In this document: positions 35,772 to 47,213 of the stretch, piece after piece
Position numbering within the stretch: the first letter of the stretch is position 1
Layout of the letters: each line of letters starts with the position of its first letter
IMG/VR virus record: IMGVR_UViG_3300050120_000230
Coordinates: 351,410 to 415,409 of that record
Length of the DNA: 64,000 nucleotides
Strand: one strand, 5' to 3'
Notes under the pieces: model-generated
Told to the model about the DNA's origin: nothing
Database searches by the model: none
Seen by the model: the letters and a program-made list of their open reading frames with translations, nothing else
Program-made: the position numbers and the translations under genes

Positions 35772-37324
35772 CCAAGTTTCAGCTTCTTCAGTTCTTCGAG
35801 TTCGTCGTTGTAAACGGCCTTGAGACGATCCGGGGACGCGAGAATAGCCTCGTATTCAGCGATGGCAAGGTTCAGTTCACCGATTTTGGTGTTAACATCC
35901 TGCTCGAAGGCTTTGGTCCACCGATAGGTCGGCAGGCTCACAACCCGATCCAATTGCTTGTCATCGAGCTTGAGCTTTGCCTTCGTGACCACCGAAGTCA
36001 CATCGGTTTCCACTGCGTTGCGATCAGCGAACGTTCCAAGGCGTTTGGTGAATTGATCCTTGAACAGCGCCGCCAGAGCGTGCCAGTAGTTGCGCTCATA
36101 GATCGTGTCGGCTCGCAGTTTCTCGAACCGCTTGGTATACCAGCCCAACCGCCAGACTGTGAAGTCCTGAACGAGTTCTTCGGGCGTGGCGTAGGTGCGG
36201 ATAGCGTTACCGCCCCAGCCGATCACGACAATGCGCTCCGTGGTTTTCTCGGCGAGCTTGAAGAATTTGATAGCCTCATCTTCGGTCCATGCTTTGCGAG
36301 CCGGGATGCGGTTCTTGAACTTTTTGCCCTGATCGACGTATTCCTCGACGCGAGCAGCTTGCGGGCCAAGATAGCCGCGCTTGAACTTCACGGTGATGTC
36401 GATGCAATCGGTGGAGCGATCCGTGAAACCCATGACCGGGTTCTCGTTCTCGTCTTCCATTTTGATGAGCTTCGAACGGAAGCTGTCGATCTTTTCACCC
36501 GGCGGCAATTCGGTGATCTGGATAGTCGAGGTGTCCAAAATCTTCAGCTTACCGGTGAACTCCCACTGATTTGGACCGAGATTCTTCACACCGACGTTGT
36601 AGCGGGCGAAGTGGGGTTCGAGGCCCTTGATCGGCTTTCCGGCCAACGCATCCTGTGTCGCTTGGATGATGTTCTTGAGAGAACGCGGTAGGATTTCAGT
36701 GCTCCAACCCACAGCCACGCCCGCCACGCCGTTGAGAAGCACGGTGGGGATCAACGGGAGGAAATGCACCGGTTGCACGTTCGATCCGTCGTAGTTTTCT
36801 TCCAGCGGAACGAGATCAAGATCGCGATAGAGGAAAGCTTCGGCCGCCTTGGCGCGGCGAACCTCTGTATAGCGAGGGGCGCCAATGCCTTCCACGGGCG
36901 CCACACGGCTACCGAACTGACCAAGCCCTTCGATCAGGGGCACGTTGTTCTTGAACGGGGCGGCCAATTTACCGATGGCGTCGTTCGCCGACACTTCGCC
37001 GTGGACGTATAGGCGCTCGAAACCCATGAGCCCTGAGAGGGCGAACGTCTTGATTTTGTCCGCACGATGCCGCAGCAGCCACAGAGCGATGCGTTGACCG
37101 GACTTCAGGCCATCTTCCACAGAAGGAATGGCCCGCGTCGAACAGACGTAGATCGCATACTCCCGGCTATCCCGCAGGAGATAATCCGTGGGCTTCGGTT
37201 GAATCTTGGTCTTCTGGTTGGCCGCGAAGTCTTTCCACTCGGCGTCGGTCAGTCCGAATTGGGACAGGGACGTGCCGAAAGGCAGAGTCGGGGCGGGAAC
37301 GGTTTTGGGCATAATGGCTTTCAA
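35768..37324 (-). CDS. Type II DNA topoisomerase, breakage-reunion subunit (T4 gp52/GyrA-like)
   Basis: RAIPSVEDGLKSGQR, YVHGE, G.FG, APRYT catalytic Tyr, ITELP. Confidence 0.93.
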   Translation of the reverse strand: MKAIMPKTVPAPTLPFGTSLSQFGLTDAEWKDFAANQKTKIQPKPTDYLLRDSREYAIYVCSTRAIPSVEDGLKSGQRIALWLLRHRADKIKTFALSGLMGFERLYVHGEVSANDAIGKLAAPFKNNVPLIEGLGQFGSRVAPVEGIGAPRYTEVRRAKAAEAFLYRDLDLVPLEENYDGSNVQPVHFLPLIPTVLLNGVAGVAVGWSTEILPRSLKNIIQATQDALAGKPIKGLEPHFARYNVGVKNLGPNQWEFTGKLKILDTSTIQITELPPGEKIDSFRSKLIKMEDENENPVMGFTDRSTDCIDITVKFKRGYLGPQAARVEEYVDQGKKFKNRIPARKAWTEDEAIKFFKLAEKTTERIVVIGWGGNAIRTYATPEELVQDFTVWRLGWYTKRFEKLRADTIYERNYWHALAALFKDQFTKRLGTFADRNAVETDVTSVVTKAKLKLDDKQLDRVVSLPTYRWTKAFEQDVNTKIGELNLAIAEYEAILASPDRLKAVYNDELEELKKLKLG

Positions 37325-37363
37325 AAATAACGAGGTAGGAAAATAAAATTGGTAAACGAGATA

Positions 37364-37714
37364 TTAGGACCAACGGAGTTTGAAATGCAAGGCGTCCGTT
37401 GCGCTCTCAAAATAATAGATCGGTTTCTTCATGTCGGAGGATCGCATCCAAAGCTGCCATCCTGAACCGATATGCTGTGTCATCCAGTCGTCGAACAGCT
37501 TCGTCGCTTCATCGTCGTCAAATACCCCGTGCGGTAGAACAGGGATCACATTGAAAGGGAACAAGAACTCAAGGAAGCGAACCAAATCATTCGGGTTGTG
37601 CTCAGACGGTGCGAAGCCCATATCGAGAACTTCTTGACGGATTTTACCGTCTTCGTCCCAGATATACTCCCAGCGCATCCGATGGCGTTCGTCGAGGTAA
37701 GCGGCGGGGATCAT
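37364..37714 (-). CDS. Small motif-family protein
   Basis: FESATDALHFKLRWS. Confidence 0.6.
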   Translation of the reverse strand: MIPAAYLDERHRMRWEYIWDEDGKIRQEVLDMGFAPSEHNPNDLVRFLEFLFPFNVIPVLPHGVFDDDEATKLFDDWMTQHIGSGWQLWMRSSDMKKPIYYFESATDALHFKLRWS

Positions 37715-37989
37715 GCGGACAACAACTTGAACATGGCGGCATCCTGCATTCTGGCAAACCAGAACGTATATTGAAAGTAGCCATCGCTGAAATTGCGCTG
37801 TCTCGACGGATAATGTTGTCGAGAACCCTTGGCATCCTTGAACTTGGTCTTGGAAAAGAACACGTTGCCCCGAGAGTTCGTGCGAACTGAATCGATCAAT
37901 TCTTCCTCAGTTTCGAACTTTCGTCCATCGACTTCCACTTTCCAGAACCGTCCCTTGGGTGGAGTCTTCGTAAAGGTCACGCTCGACAT
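37711..37989 (-). CDS. Small motif-family protein
   Basis: FARMQDAAMFKLL. Confidence 0.6.
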   Translation of the reverse strand: MSSVTFTKTPPKGRFWKVEVDGRKFETEEELIDSVRTNSRGNVFFSKTKFKDAKGSRQHYPSRQRNFSDGYFQYTFWFARMQDAAMFKLLSA

Positions 37990-37992
37990 TGG

Positions 37993-38214
37993 CTACTTGC
38001 CGCTCCAAAAAAGCTTGAAGAGGGCGGCGTGGTGCTTACTCGTGAACGTGGCGCGGATGACGTGCAGATTGTTGTTCGTCTCCCGCGCGGTCATGTTTGG
38101 ATGAAGATCAGTTGGGACGTTTTCGGCACACCAATCCTGCACAGCGACGATGTCGCTGACCACGACGATGACTGAAAATTTCTCCGCGCTATTTTCCATC
38201 ACATCCCGATCCAT
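37993..38214 (-). CDS. Small motif-family protein
   Basis: FTSKHHAALFKLFW. Confidence 0.55.
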   Translation of the reverse strand: MDRDVMENSAEKFSVIVVVSDIVAVQDWCAENVPTDLHPNMTARETNNNLHVIRATFTSKHHAALFKLFWSGK

Positions 38215-40103
38215 TCCTTGCGCTTATCAGCGAGCTTCGGGTTGAACAACAGATCAAGGCCGCTGGACAGCTTCCCATCGTCGGTGACGGCCCGCGCCTT
38301 CGGGTTTTCGAGAACCCAGCGCCAGTCATCGCGCTTCAGTGCAGCGAGGCCCTTGGCGCGAGTGATCTCCCATCCCTTGTGTGCGTCCGAATCGAAGTCG
38401 TGATAGTTCTCGTTATACCAGTATTTCCGAACCTTGCCTTTGACCGCGACGATCAGAGGGGTGTCGAAAAGATAGACGAACGGCGGCCGAGCCGGATCGA
38501 ACAGTTCGGGCCAGAGCGTGTAGAAGAAGTTCACGAGAAGCGCGGCGATGTTCTTCCCGTCTTCGTCCGCATCGGTCGTGATGTAGACCTTGCCGTAGCG
38601 AAGCAAGTGACGGTTGACGCGCTCACCGGGCACCAGACCGATAGCGGTCATGATCTTGGCAAGAGCTTCGTTTTCCAGAACGCTCTTCGGGCTTTCGCCA
38701 AAAACGTTCAGCACTTTGCCTCGAAGCGGCAAGCCGCCATGAATGTTCGGATCACGCGCTTCGACCATGCCGGAGATGGCGCTCTTGCCTTCGCCGAGGA
38801 AGAGGATGCACTTCGAACGATCACCGCCGCAGGCGTCTTCGAGGTCTTCCACCTTGGTGCGAAGGTTTTTCTTCGCCAGTTTCTTGGCGTCGTCGTTGTC
38901 TTTCTTCTGAGTCCGCTCCGCGCATCGCGCATAAACGTCCTCGATCCATTCCGGGTTCTTACGAATGACACCCTTGAAGAAATCGGTGTCGTCGAGCGCA
39001 CGCTTGATGATCGCGCCGACTTCTTCGTTGATGAGTCGGGTCTTCGATTGGCTATCGAAGGACGGCTCATCCATTTCGGTGATGTTGTAGAGCAGCAAGC
39101 CATCAGCCAAATCCGACCGGTTCGGAGTCAGTTTGCGCTTCTTGCTCTCACGTTCAAGGCTCGAAAGCATCCCGCTGAAGAAAATGCGTCGGAACGTTTC
39201 GATGTGGATGCCACCGCTGAATGTCGGAATGGCGTTGACGAGACTGTGGTTGAACTCGGAGATCGCCGAATTCGTGGAGTCGAAGAACTGGGGAACCAGC
39301 CAGAACCGGCTTGAGAAGCCGGGTTGGGTGATCTCGATGGTGATCGGCTTCACGCCGGGGAACAGGGTTTTCTCGACCCCACCCTTCGCGATCTGCACGC
39401 GCTCACCGTTGTAGAACACCTTCAGTTCTGGATAGCACAGCGCCACTTCGGTCATCCGGGCGCGGATGAACCGTTCCGGCAACCGCCGGTCATGGAAAAC
39501 GTGCTCACTGAGACGAAACTCAATGCGCGTCCCATGGTCGCCTTTGAACTTGGTTTTCAGCGGAACGATGAAGGGGTCTTCGATCATCAGGTCGCCTGAT
39601 TTCGGATTGTCTCCCTCAGAGAACCGCTGACTGAAGTGCTTGCCGTCTCGACGAATATCCATCTGAAAATATTCGGAGCAGAAATTGACGATGGAGCCGC
39701 CGACGCCGTTCAGGCCGCGTGTGGCGCCACGGTTTTCCTCGAAGTTCCGACCAGCTTTCGTCTCGGTAAGAGCCATCGTGGCTTCATACTGCTTGTGCTT
39801 CTTGTCGAACTCGATGGGGATGCCCCGACCGTTATCCTCGACCACCACGGTCAAAGTGACGGGGTCAAACGTGATTTCGAGCTTGTCACCCTGCTTGTGA
39901 GTGACAACCTCGTCGATGGCATTGTCCATCACTTCACGGAAGGCCGTGAAGAGCGCAGGAACCCACGTTGTCTCACGAGCGACGGGCTTGCCGTCCTCGT
40001 ATTCCAAAACCGTTTGGGTATGCGGGTCTCGCGAGCCGAGATACATCTCGGTACGCAGACGGGCGTGCTGGAAATCGTTGAGCTTCTTAATACGCTCGTT
40101 CAT
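38199..40103 (-). CDS. Type II DNA topoisomerase ATPase/TOPRIM subunit (T4 gp39+60/GyrB-like)
   Basis: EVMDNAIDE, DNGRGIP, GLNGVG, EGKSA, PLRGK, TDADEDG, KGL. Confidence 0.93.
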   Translation of the reverse strand: MNERIKKLNDFQHARLRTEMYLGSRDPHTQTVLEYEDGKPVARETTWVPALFTAFREVMDNAIDEVVTHKQGDKLEITFDPVTLTVVVEDNGRGIPIEFDKKHKQYEATMALTETKAGRNFEENRGATRGLNGVGGSIVNFCSEYFQMDIRRDGKHFSQRFSEGDNPKSGDLMIEDPFIVPLKTKFKGDHGTRIEFRLSEHVFHDRRLPERFIRARMTEVALCYPELKVFYNGERVQIAKGGVEKTLFPGVKPITIEITQPGFSSRFWLVPQFFDSTNSAISEFNHSLVNAIPTFSGGIHIETFRRIFFSGMLSSLERESKKRKLTPNRSDLADGLLLYNITEMDEPSFDSQSKTRLINEEVGAIIKRALDDTDFFKGVIRKNPEWIEDVYARCAERTQKKDNDDAKKLAKKNLRTKVEDLEDACGGDRSKCILFLGEGKSAISGMVEARDPNIHGGLPLRGKVLNVFGESPKSVLENEALAKIMTAIGLVPGERVNRHLLRYGKVYITTDADEDGKNIAALLVNFFYTLWPELFDPARPPFVYLFDTPLIVAVKGKVRKYWYNENYHDFDSDAHKGWEITRAKGLAALKRDDWRWVLENPKARAVTDDGKLSSGLDLLFNPKLADKRKEWIGM

Positions 40104-40246
40104 CAAACGGTTACCTAAAAAGTTACGAACCCATTTATCCATGACGATGGGTGAATGGAATATGATTTTCGTTACACCAAATTAGCCGAGGGGGTCAAGC
40201 CCCGCCGTTTTGCATAAATACTCGACAATCTTTTGGGAGATCAGCC

Positions 40247-40813
40247 GTGCTGAGCACCTTCTATCGCGTTTCCATCGCTGGCATCACCGGTTCGGGCGAC
40301 AGCGCAGGCTTCATCGACAACAAGACCGTCGAGCAATACATGTCCAACGGTGGCGCCGCCCCCGCAACGCTGACTACCAGCACGAACAAGGTTCGCGCCA
40401 ACGTCCGCTATAAGGAAGTGTTCGAGAACCTCCAATTGATGGGAAACCTCTATGTTTCCAACGTCATTGTCTCGGGTGCGACCGTGGATACTGCTCCCAG
40501 CAGCATCGCTTTCACGCTCGAAGCCGAACGTGGTGACGAAATTTTGACAACCCGTGATGAAACCAATAACGGTGTTGAGATCAGTGGTGCGAATGCTATC
40601 ACGCGCTGCATCGCGCGCGGCCTCATGGAAGCACGCATTGGTAAAGTCTCTCCGGTCTACGATCCGACCGTTTCGACTGCACCGAACGGCCCCGGCGCCG
40701 CGAATGCCATCGCCCGCGCTGGTAGCGTGACGATCACGTTCAACGTCGGTGCACTTTCGAACTCGATCTCCACCGCCGAAGCGACCGTGTCGGTCACCAA
40801 GCTCGCCGTTTAA
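40247..40813 (+). CDS. Hypothetical protein (late; possibly structural)
   Basis: TAAATA at 40215, GGAG RBS, A/G/S/T-rich. Confidence 0.6.
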   Translation: MLSTFYRVSIAGITGSGDSAGFIDNKTVEQYMSNGGAAPATLTTSTNKVRANVRYKEVFENLQLMGNLYVSNVIVSGATVDTAPSSIAFTLEAERGDEILTTRDETNNGVEISGANAITRCIARGLMEARIGKVSPVYDPTVSTAPNGPGAANAIARAGSVTITFNVGALSNSISTAEATVSVTKLAV

Positions 40814-40839
40814 CTCTCGACAAGACTGGTTTCAATTAG

Positions 40840-41220
40840 ATGCAAGAACTTGACCACCGACATATGGTCGGAACTGTTTTCGTGTCCCGCCCTCCCCTCA
40901 CGGCTGAAGAAGGGGAACAGTGGATGCGTGAACTCGTGGACAAGATCGGGATGAAAATCTTGATCCAACCTCAAGCCATCGTTTGCAATACGCTCGGCAA
41001 CGAGGGTGTCACGGGTATCGTTTGCCTCGAAACGTCTCATGCCAGTTTTCATAGCTGGTCTTCCGTCGAGCAACCTTTCATCAATTTCGATGTCTACTCG
41101 TGTAAGCATTTCGATGCTGCAACTGTCATTGAACATTTCTCGTGCTTTGAGCCGGTTAGCCATCGCTTTGTGGTTCTGGATCGAAATGCGGAAATTGAAG
41201 AGGTGGAGCGTTTCGGCTAG
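40840..41220 (+). CDS. speD: S-adenosylmethionine decarboxylase proenzyme
   Basis: GVTG...LETSHASFHSW...DVYSC. Confidence 0.8.
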   Translation: MQELDHRHMVGTVFVSRPPLTAEEGEQWMRELVDKIGMKILIQPQAIVCNTLGNEGVTGIVCLETSHASFHSWSSVEQPFINFDVYSCKHFDAATVIEHFSCFEPVSHRFVVLDRNAEIEEVERFG

Positions 41221-41247
41221 TCTGAAACTCTACTCTCTGGACATTTC

Positions 41248-42402
<1,155 letters not shown>

Positions 42403-42434
42403 TTCTATAGTAAGCATTTTATGGATTTCATAAC

Positions 42435-43754
42435 ATGAGTAGTGAAATTGACAAAGACAACCTGCACTGTTCTTTCTGTGGAAAGAACACTACTGAAGTC
42501 AAGAAGCTCATCCAAGGTCCCGATGTTTACATCTGCGACGAATGCATTGACCTGTGCTACGACCTTCTGAGGCCGGGTGAACGCAAGAATGGTTCTCCGG
42601 CCACGGCTGATGGAGACATCGTCCTCGCCGAACCGGAAGAGGAAGAAGATGGCATCCCCACCCCTCGCGAAATCCGCGATCACCTAGATGAATATGTGAT
42701 CGGTCAGGAAGCAGCAAAGATGACCATTGCTGTCGCCGTCTACAATCACTTCAAGCGTCTCGAAACTCCGGTCGTGAACGGGATCGAGATCGAAAAATCC
42801 AACATCCTCATGGTTGGCCCCACGGGTTCGGGTAAGACTTTGATCGCCCAAAGCATTGCCCGGATGCTTGATGTGCCATTGGCCATCGCCGACGCCACTT
42901 CATTGACTGAGGCTGGTTATGTTGGTGACGATGTGGAGAGCATCATCTCCCGCCTGCTGCAATCGGCAAACAACAACATCAAAGCTGCCGAACGCGGGAT
43001 CATTTTCATCGACGAGATCGACAAGAAACGCGGTAAGGGTGGCGACGGTTCCGGCACTCGCGACGTGTCCGGTGAAGGCGTCCAACAAGCTCTCCTGAAA
43101 CTCCTAGAGGGCTCTGACATTCTCGTTCCGGCTTCCGGCAAACGGACTCCCGGTTCAGAGATGGTGAAAATCAGCACTAAGAACATCTTGTTCATCGTCG
43201 GCGGCGCCTTCGTTGGTTTGGAAAAAATCATCGCCCGCGCGCAAACCAAGGATGCCTCCGGTATTGGATTCAGCGCCAAATCGGTCGGCCCAAACAAGCT
43301 GACCAACGACATGCTGTTGACCAAGATGGAACCAGAGCACCTCGTGAAGTTTGGAATGATCCCCGAGATCATCGGCCGCCTGCCGGTCTACGCGACCCTG
43401 ACCGAACTCACCGAAGAGCAACTTGTGCGGGTTCTGACGGAACCCAAGAACGCCGTGACTAAGCAGTTCCTCGCTCGGTTCAGTCTCGATGAGATCGAAT
43501 TGGAATTTACCCCGGAGGCGCTTCTAGATATCGCGAAGACGGCGAGGGTTCGTAAGACCGGCGCGCGCGGCCTGCGTAGCGTGATTGAGAATGCACTCAC
43601 CAAAATACAGTTCGAGCTTCCCGAATTGGCCGAGCGTGGTGTTTGTAAAGTCATCATCGGTCGAGGGGTCATAGAGGGCACTACCGAACCCGAGTATGTC
43701 TACACGGGAGCAGTTGTTGAAGAGACTGAACAAAAGGCTCTTCCGGCTGAGTAA
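42435..43754 (+). CDS. clpX: ATP-dependent Clp protease ATPase subunit ClpX
   Basis: CSFCGK zinc finger, GPTGSGKT, DEIDK, RDVSGEGVQQALLK, IGF loop, TGARGLR. Confidence 0.96.
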   Translation: MSSEIDKDNLHCSFCGKNTTEVKKLIQGPDVYICDECIDLCYDLLRPGERKNGSPATADGDIVLAEPEEEEDGIPTPREIRDHLDEYVIGQEAAKMTIAVAVYNHFKRLETPVVNGIEIEKSNILMVGPTGSGKTLIAQSIARMLDVPLAIADATSLTEAGYVGDDVESIISRLLQSANNNIKAAERGIIFIDEIDKKRGKGGDGSGTRDVSGEGVQQALLKLLEGSDILVPASGKRTPGSEMVKISTKNILFIVGGAFVGLEKIIARAQTKDASGIGFSAKSVGPNKLTNDMLLTKMEPEHLVKFGMIPEIIGRLPVYATLTELTEEQLVRVLTEPKNAVTKQFLARFSLDEIELEFTPEALLDIAKTARVRKTGARGLRSVIENALTKIQFELPELAERGVCKVIIGRGVIEGTTEPEYVYTGAVVEETEQKALPAE

Positions 43755-43839
43755 ACACCTGACTAAATACACATGAATATTGCGGACACCTAGTAGTCTC
43801 TGTATTCTGATGTCAATTAGCTCATGGAGTTTCTAGCTA

Positions 43840-44073
43840 ATGTCTTCCCACCGTACCGGCCCGTTTGAAAACAAGCGTGGTCTCTCCGTCGATGTCCGAA
43901 ACAACAACATCGAGGGCGCCATCCGCACTCTGGGCCGCAAGGTCAAGCAAGAAGGTCTGATCCGTGAACTGCGGCAGCGGACCTACTATGAGAAGCCGAG
44001 CACCGTTCGCCGCCGCGAACGCGCCGAGGCAGTCTCTCGGGCTCTGAAGGCGAACCGTCGCAAGGACGGATGA
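43840..44073 (+). CDS. rpsU: Ribosomal protein bS21
   Basis: VDVRNNNIEGAIR.L.RK...ELRQR.YYEKPS. Confidence 0.9.
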   Translation: MSSHRTGPFENKRGLSVDVRNNNIEGAIRTLGRKVKQEGLIRELRQRTYYEKPSTVRRRERAEAVSRALKANRRKDG

Positions 44074-44312
44074 GCTACGGCTTTAGCCCCAATTCTCCTC
44101 AAGCATTGGCCATGGGCCGCCGGTTGTTCTGGCACCATGGGCAGTCTTGGGAGAACGTGAGGCAAAATGCTGTTCTCTCTCCGAGCGGCGTCTATATCGT
44201 CTCGCCGATCCCGGCCGATTGCACATGCGGATGCCAAAGCATTGCTGTGCCAGCACGAGTTAGAACCCTTCGTCAACGACTAGGTAACTGGTTGTTGGGA
44301 GTATCAGGATGA
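44070..44312 (+). CDS. Hypothetical protein
   Basis: ATGA-coupled on both sides. Confidence 0.5.
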   Translation: MSYGFSPNSPQALAMGRRLFWHHGQSWENVRQNAVLSPSGVYIVSPIPADCTCGCQSIAVPARVRTLRQRLGNWLLGVSG

Positions 44313-44662
44313 GTCAGCCCGGCCCTCTGATGGATAGTGCAATTGCCCGTAAGGTTTGGCGGGCGATAGTCGTGGCTGACATCGAAACCGGTGAAAGCTA
44401 CATGGTCGAACAGACCGACCATTCTAAGGTCCCGGTGCCTGCGTTCAGCACTGATCTGGATGAAGCTCACAAAGTCGTAGAGTTCTTCCAAGCCAAGGGT
44501 TGGACTTTCCGCGTCCGAAGTGTTCCCGAGGACGATAATTTCCAAGCCTGTTTCTATAGAGATGATAGCCAAAACTACAGGTTCATGAAAGCGGACACCA
44601 TGCCAATGGTGATCTGCGAGGCCGCGATTGCCGCCATCAATGGCACCAACATCATCCGCTGA
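44309..44662 (+). CDS. Phage ABA-sandwich domain protein
   Basis: VPAFSTDLDEAHKVVE...ICEAA. Confidence 0.65.
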   Translation: MSQPGPLMDSAIARKVWRAIVVADIETGESYMVEQTDHSKVPVPAFSTDLDEAHKVVEFFQAKGWTFRVRSVPEDDNFQACFYRDDSQNYRFMKADTMPMVICEAAIAAINGTNIIR

Positions 44663-44767
44663 TGCCACTTACATTTTGGCTAATCTATCCGGGTGTGTAT
44701 AGAATGCTCTTATTGAACTGGCTCTCGGGCACTCCGATGAAGCCGAATATTGAAAAGATCATTTCAC

Positions 44768-45205
44768 ATGACTGATATTGAACCCGCGACGACCGAACAA
44801 GATCGCTTGGATTCCGACTGCTACGCCCTCAACGACCTGTCCAAGATCATTCACGAGCGCAATGTGACCGCTGGTTGGTGGACCGACCTCGCCACCGGCA
44901 CCGATCTGCGCGGCAAGGATGCCAACGGCCGAGACCTTCGCAACGTGCCGGAACTGTTGTGTCTCATCCACAGCGAAGTTTCTGAGGCCATGGAAGGCTA
45001 TCGGAAGAATCTGATGGATGACAAGCTGCCCCACCGCAGCATGTTCGAAGTCGAACTCGCCGACGTGTTCATCCGCATCTTCGATCTCGCGGGCGCGCAT
45101 GACCTTGACCTTGGCGGCGCCATCCTTGAAAAGTTGGCCTACAATACCAACCGCGAAGACCACAAGGTCGCCAATCGTCTGAAGGCGGACGGAAAGAAGT
45201 TCTGA
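44768..45205 (+). CDS. MazG-like NTP pyrophosphohydrolase
   Basis: LIHSEVSEAME...VELADVFIRIFD...K..YN..R. Confidence 0.8.
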   Translation: MTDIEPATTEQDRLDSDCYALNDLSKIIHERNVTAGWWTDLATGTDLRGKDANGRDLRNVPELLCLIHSEVSEAMEGYRKNLMDDKLPHRSMFEVELADVFIRIFDLAGAHDLDLGGAILEKLAYNTNREDHKVANRLKADGKKF

Positions 45206-45207
45206 TT

Positions 45208-45966
45208 ATGCAGACCCTCGTCGAGCACGCTCTTGTCGAAAATACCAAAAGACATGCGAAGACGCGGGCAACAACCACTGCGTTGGCTAATAGCTTCATC
45301 GAAACAGATGTTATCGTCAACATAACCGAAAGACTTCTTGCCAAGCGCGGCAAGGAGCTTTTCGGTCATGGCAAGGTCATGACCGGGCCTATGACAATGC
45401 TTGACGGCGTTACCATTTCTGCGGGCTCCCGAGCATTACGAGCGAATTATTCGTTTGAAATGGCACAAGATGCCCAGACGAAAGGAACGCTCGACGAGGA
45501 ACTCTTCGATATTTTGTGCGAAGAGTTCTACGCTGAATTCTGCCTTGAAATAGTTCGGCTATCTGCTCTTGGCCTCATCATGGTTCCTTACATCCTGCTT
45601 GATGGAGCTATCAGCATGGACCCCATGACGTTTTCGCCGATCATGTCGTTCAAGACCCGCTATGGCACGATGCCCACCCCCAAGGGATATACGATCTCCC
45701 CAACGGTCCAAGCGACGGTAGATAAAATCTTGGCGGGCGCGACTTACGTTATTCCTCCGCTCGGCTCCCCCACAATTCGGGTGACAGATGAAGCCGCAGC
45801 CGACGCGCAAGCTTTGATCGCGGATATGCCCGCCGAACAATTCAGAGAGTTTCTTGAAAACTCAATTCGATTTGCGAATAGAAACCGACTGACTATTGAC
45901 AAAACAGTCACGGCCAATCCTGATGGTTCTCTCAAGGACAGCTATACGCTCAAGTTTCAAAAATGA
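45208..45966 (+). CDS. Protein containing T4 gp23 major-capsid-like segments
   Basis: SRALRANYSFEMAQD and PYI...DPMTFSPIMSFKTRYG. Confidence 0.55.
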   Translation: MQTLVEHALVENTKRHAKTRATTTALANSFIETDVIVNITERLLAKRGKELFGHGKVMTGPMTMLDGVTISAGSRALRANYSFEMAQDAQTKGTLDEELFDILCEEFYAEFCLEIVRLSALGLIMVPYILLDGAISMDPMTFSPIMSFKTRYGTMPTPKGYTISPTVQATVDKILAGATYVIPPLGSPTIRVTDEAAADAQALIADMPAEQFREFLENSIRFANRNRLTIDKTVTANPDGSLKDSYTLKFQK

Positions 45967-46214
45967 GTAGAGTTGTCTCTGTTGACATCGACGAGTCTGC
46001 GTTTGCTGTTCCACTTGCAGCAAACGCGTGTCCTGTTACTTTCAAACATATGCACGCGACCAAGGATGATGCGTTCCTTCAGCGAAATAGCGTATATCAT
46101 TCCTCGTCAAAATATGTCGCAGAACTCAACGTGTATCGTTGTGAGCACTGCGATACTTGGCACATCGGTAATCAACAGAAAAAGAAACGACGTATCCGAA
46201 CGGTGAGACGATGA
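45963..46214 (+). CDS. Small Zn-finger-like protein
   Basis: VYRCEHCDTWHIG. Confidence 0.55.
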   Translation: MSRVVSVDIDESAFAVPLAANACPVTFKHMHATKDDAFLQRNSVYHSSSKYVAELNVYRCEHCDTWHIGNQQKKKRRIRTVRR

Positions 46215-46462
46215 ATACTGAACTGACTATGGAAATTGCTTCGATCATCGTCAGTGGGCGACACGATGAATTGTCTTCATCTCGTATCGCGTATCAGATC
46301 ATGGAACATCTCGAACGTAAGGCGGCCAGTCAGAAAAAGCCGAGACGAGGTATCGGCGCTGTCAGTCAAGCCGATCTCCTGCGGGGCTTGTGAGACCCCT
46401 TTTAATTTGCGTTCGTTAACCATACTTCCTAAGATGCAACTATCATCAAAGGGGGATTTCCC

Positions 46463-47107
46463 ATGGCGACTACGCCGATCCAAGACACCATCAATTTCCA
46501 GCTTCGCGCCGACACAGTCGTGGTCAGCGACACCGTGAAGATCATCGTGCACATCAATGCACTCGTTCCGTCCGACAGCACTGAAAATGCTCTGCGCGCC
46601 GAGATCAAGGCCGCCCTCGCGTCGTTCCTGCCGACTCAGTGGCAAATCAACGGGATCGAACGCGCCTCTGACGACAGCGGCTTCGAGCGTGTTCAGATGC
46701 GCGCGACGGCGCGGGTGAACGAAACCGAGAACTACAATCTGGAAGGTCGGGCCAAGGCAGTGTCGCGCCAAGGTCTCCAACTGGGCGACGTGGAAGTGGA
46801 TAGCACCGTCCCGGCGCCCATGCTGGAAGAAGCCGAGAAGGCGCTCCGTGCAACCATACTGAAGAACGCCAAGGAAGAAGCAGCGGCGCTCGCTGATGTG
46901 ACCGGCCGGAACTATCGCGTCGGCGCGGTGAACTTCCAAAACCAAGGCGATCCGGCCATCCGTAAAATGGCCATGGCCAGCACCACAGCCAACGCAACGC
47001 CTTACGGTTCGGGTTTCGCCGCCGGTGGTGGTGATGACGAAAGTCTCGCGAACGCCCAGAAGGTTTCGCTCTCTGCCAATGTCACGTTGATGGTCATCGT
47101 CCAATAA
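46463..47107 (+). CDS. SIMPL/DUF541-like protein
   Basis: A.....NAK..A..LA...G pattern, C-terminal beta strand; followed by terminator-like hairpin. Confidence 0.5.
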   Translation: MATTPIQDTINFQLRADTVVVSDTVKIIVHINALVPSDSTENALRAEIKAALASFLPTQWQINGIERASDDSGFERVQMRATARVNETENYNLEGRAKAVSRQGLQLGDVEVDSTVPAPMLEEAEKALRATILKNAKEEAAALADVTGRNYRVGAVNFQNQGDPAIRKMAMASTTANATPYGSGFAAGGGDDESLANAQKVSLSANVTLMVIVQ

Positions 47108-47213
47108 GCTGCGGCAAAATGGACTGTTGAGGGGCGGCCTGCGGGTCGCCCTTTTTCGTTGACGAGAACTTAAAATCTCGTTACCGGTTACAGATTGTCG
47201 CGAGAGAGTTTCC

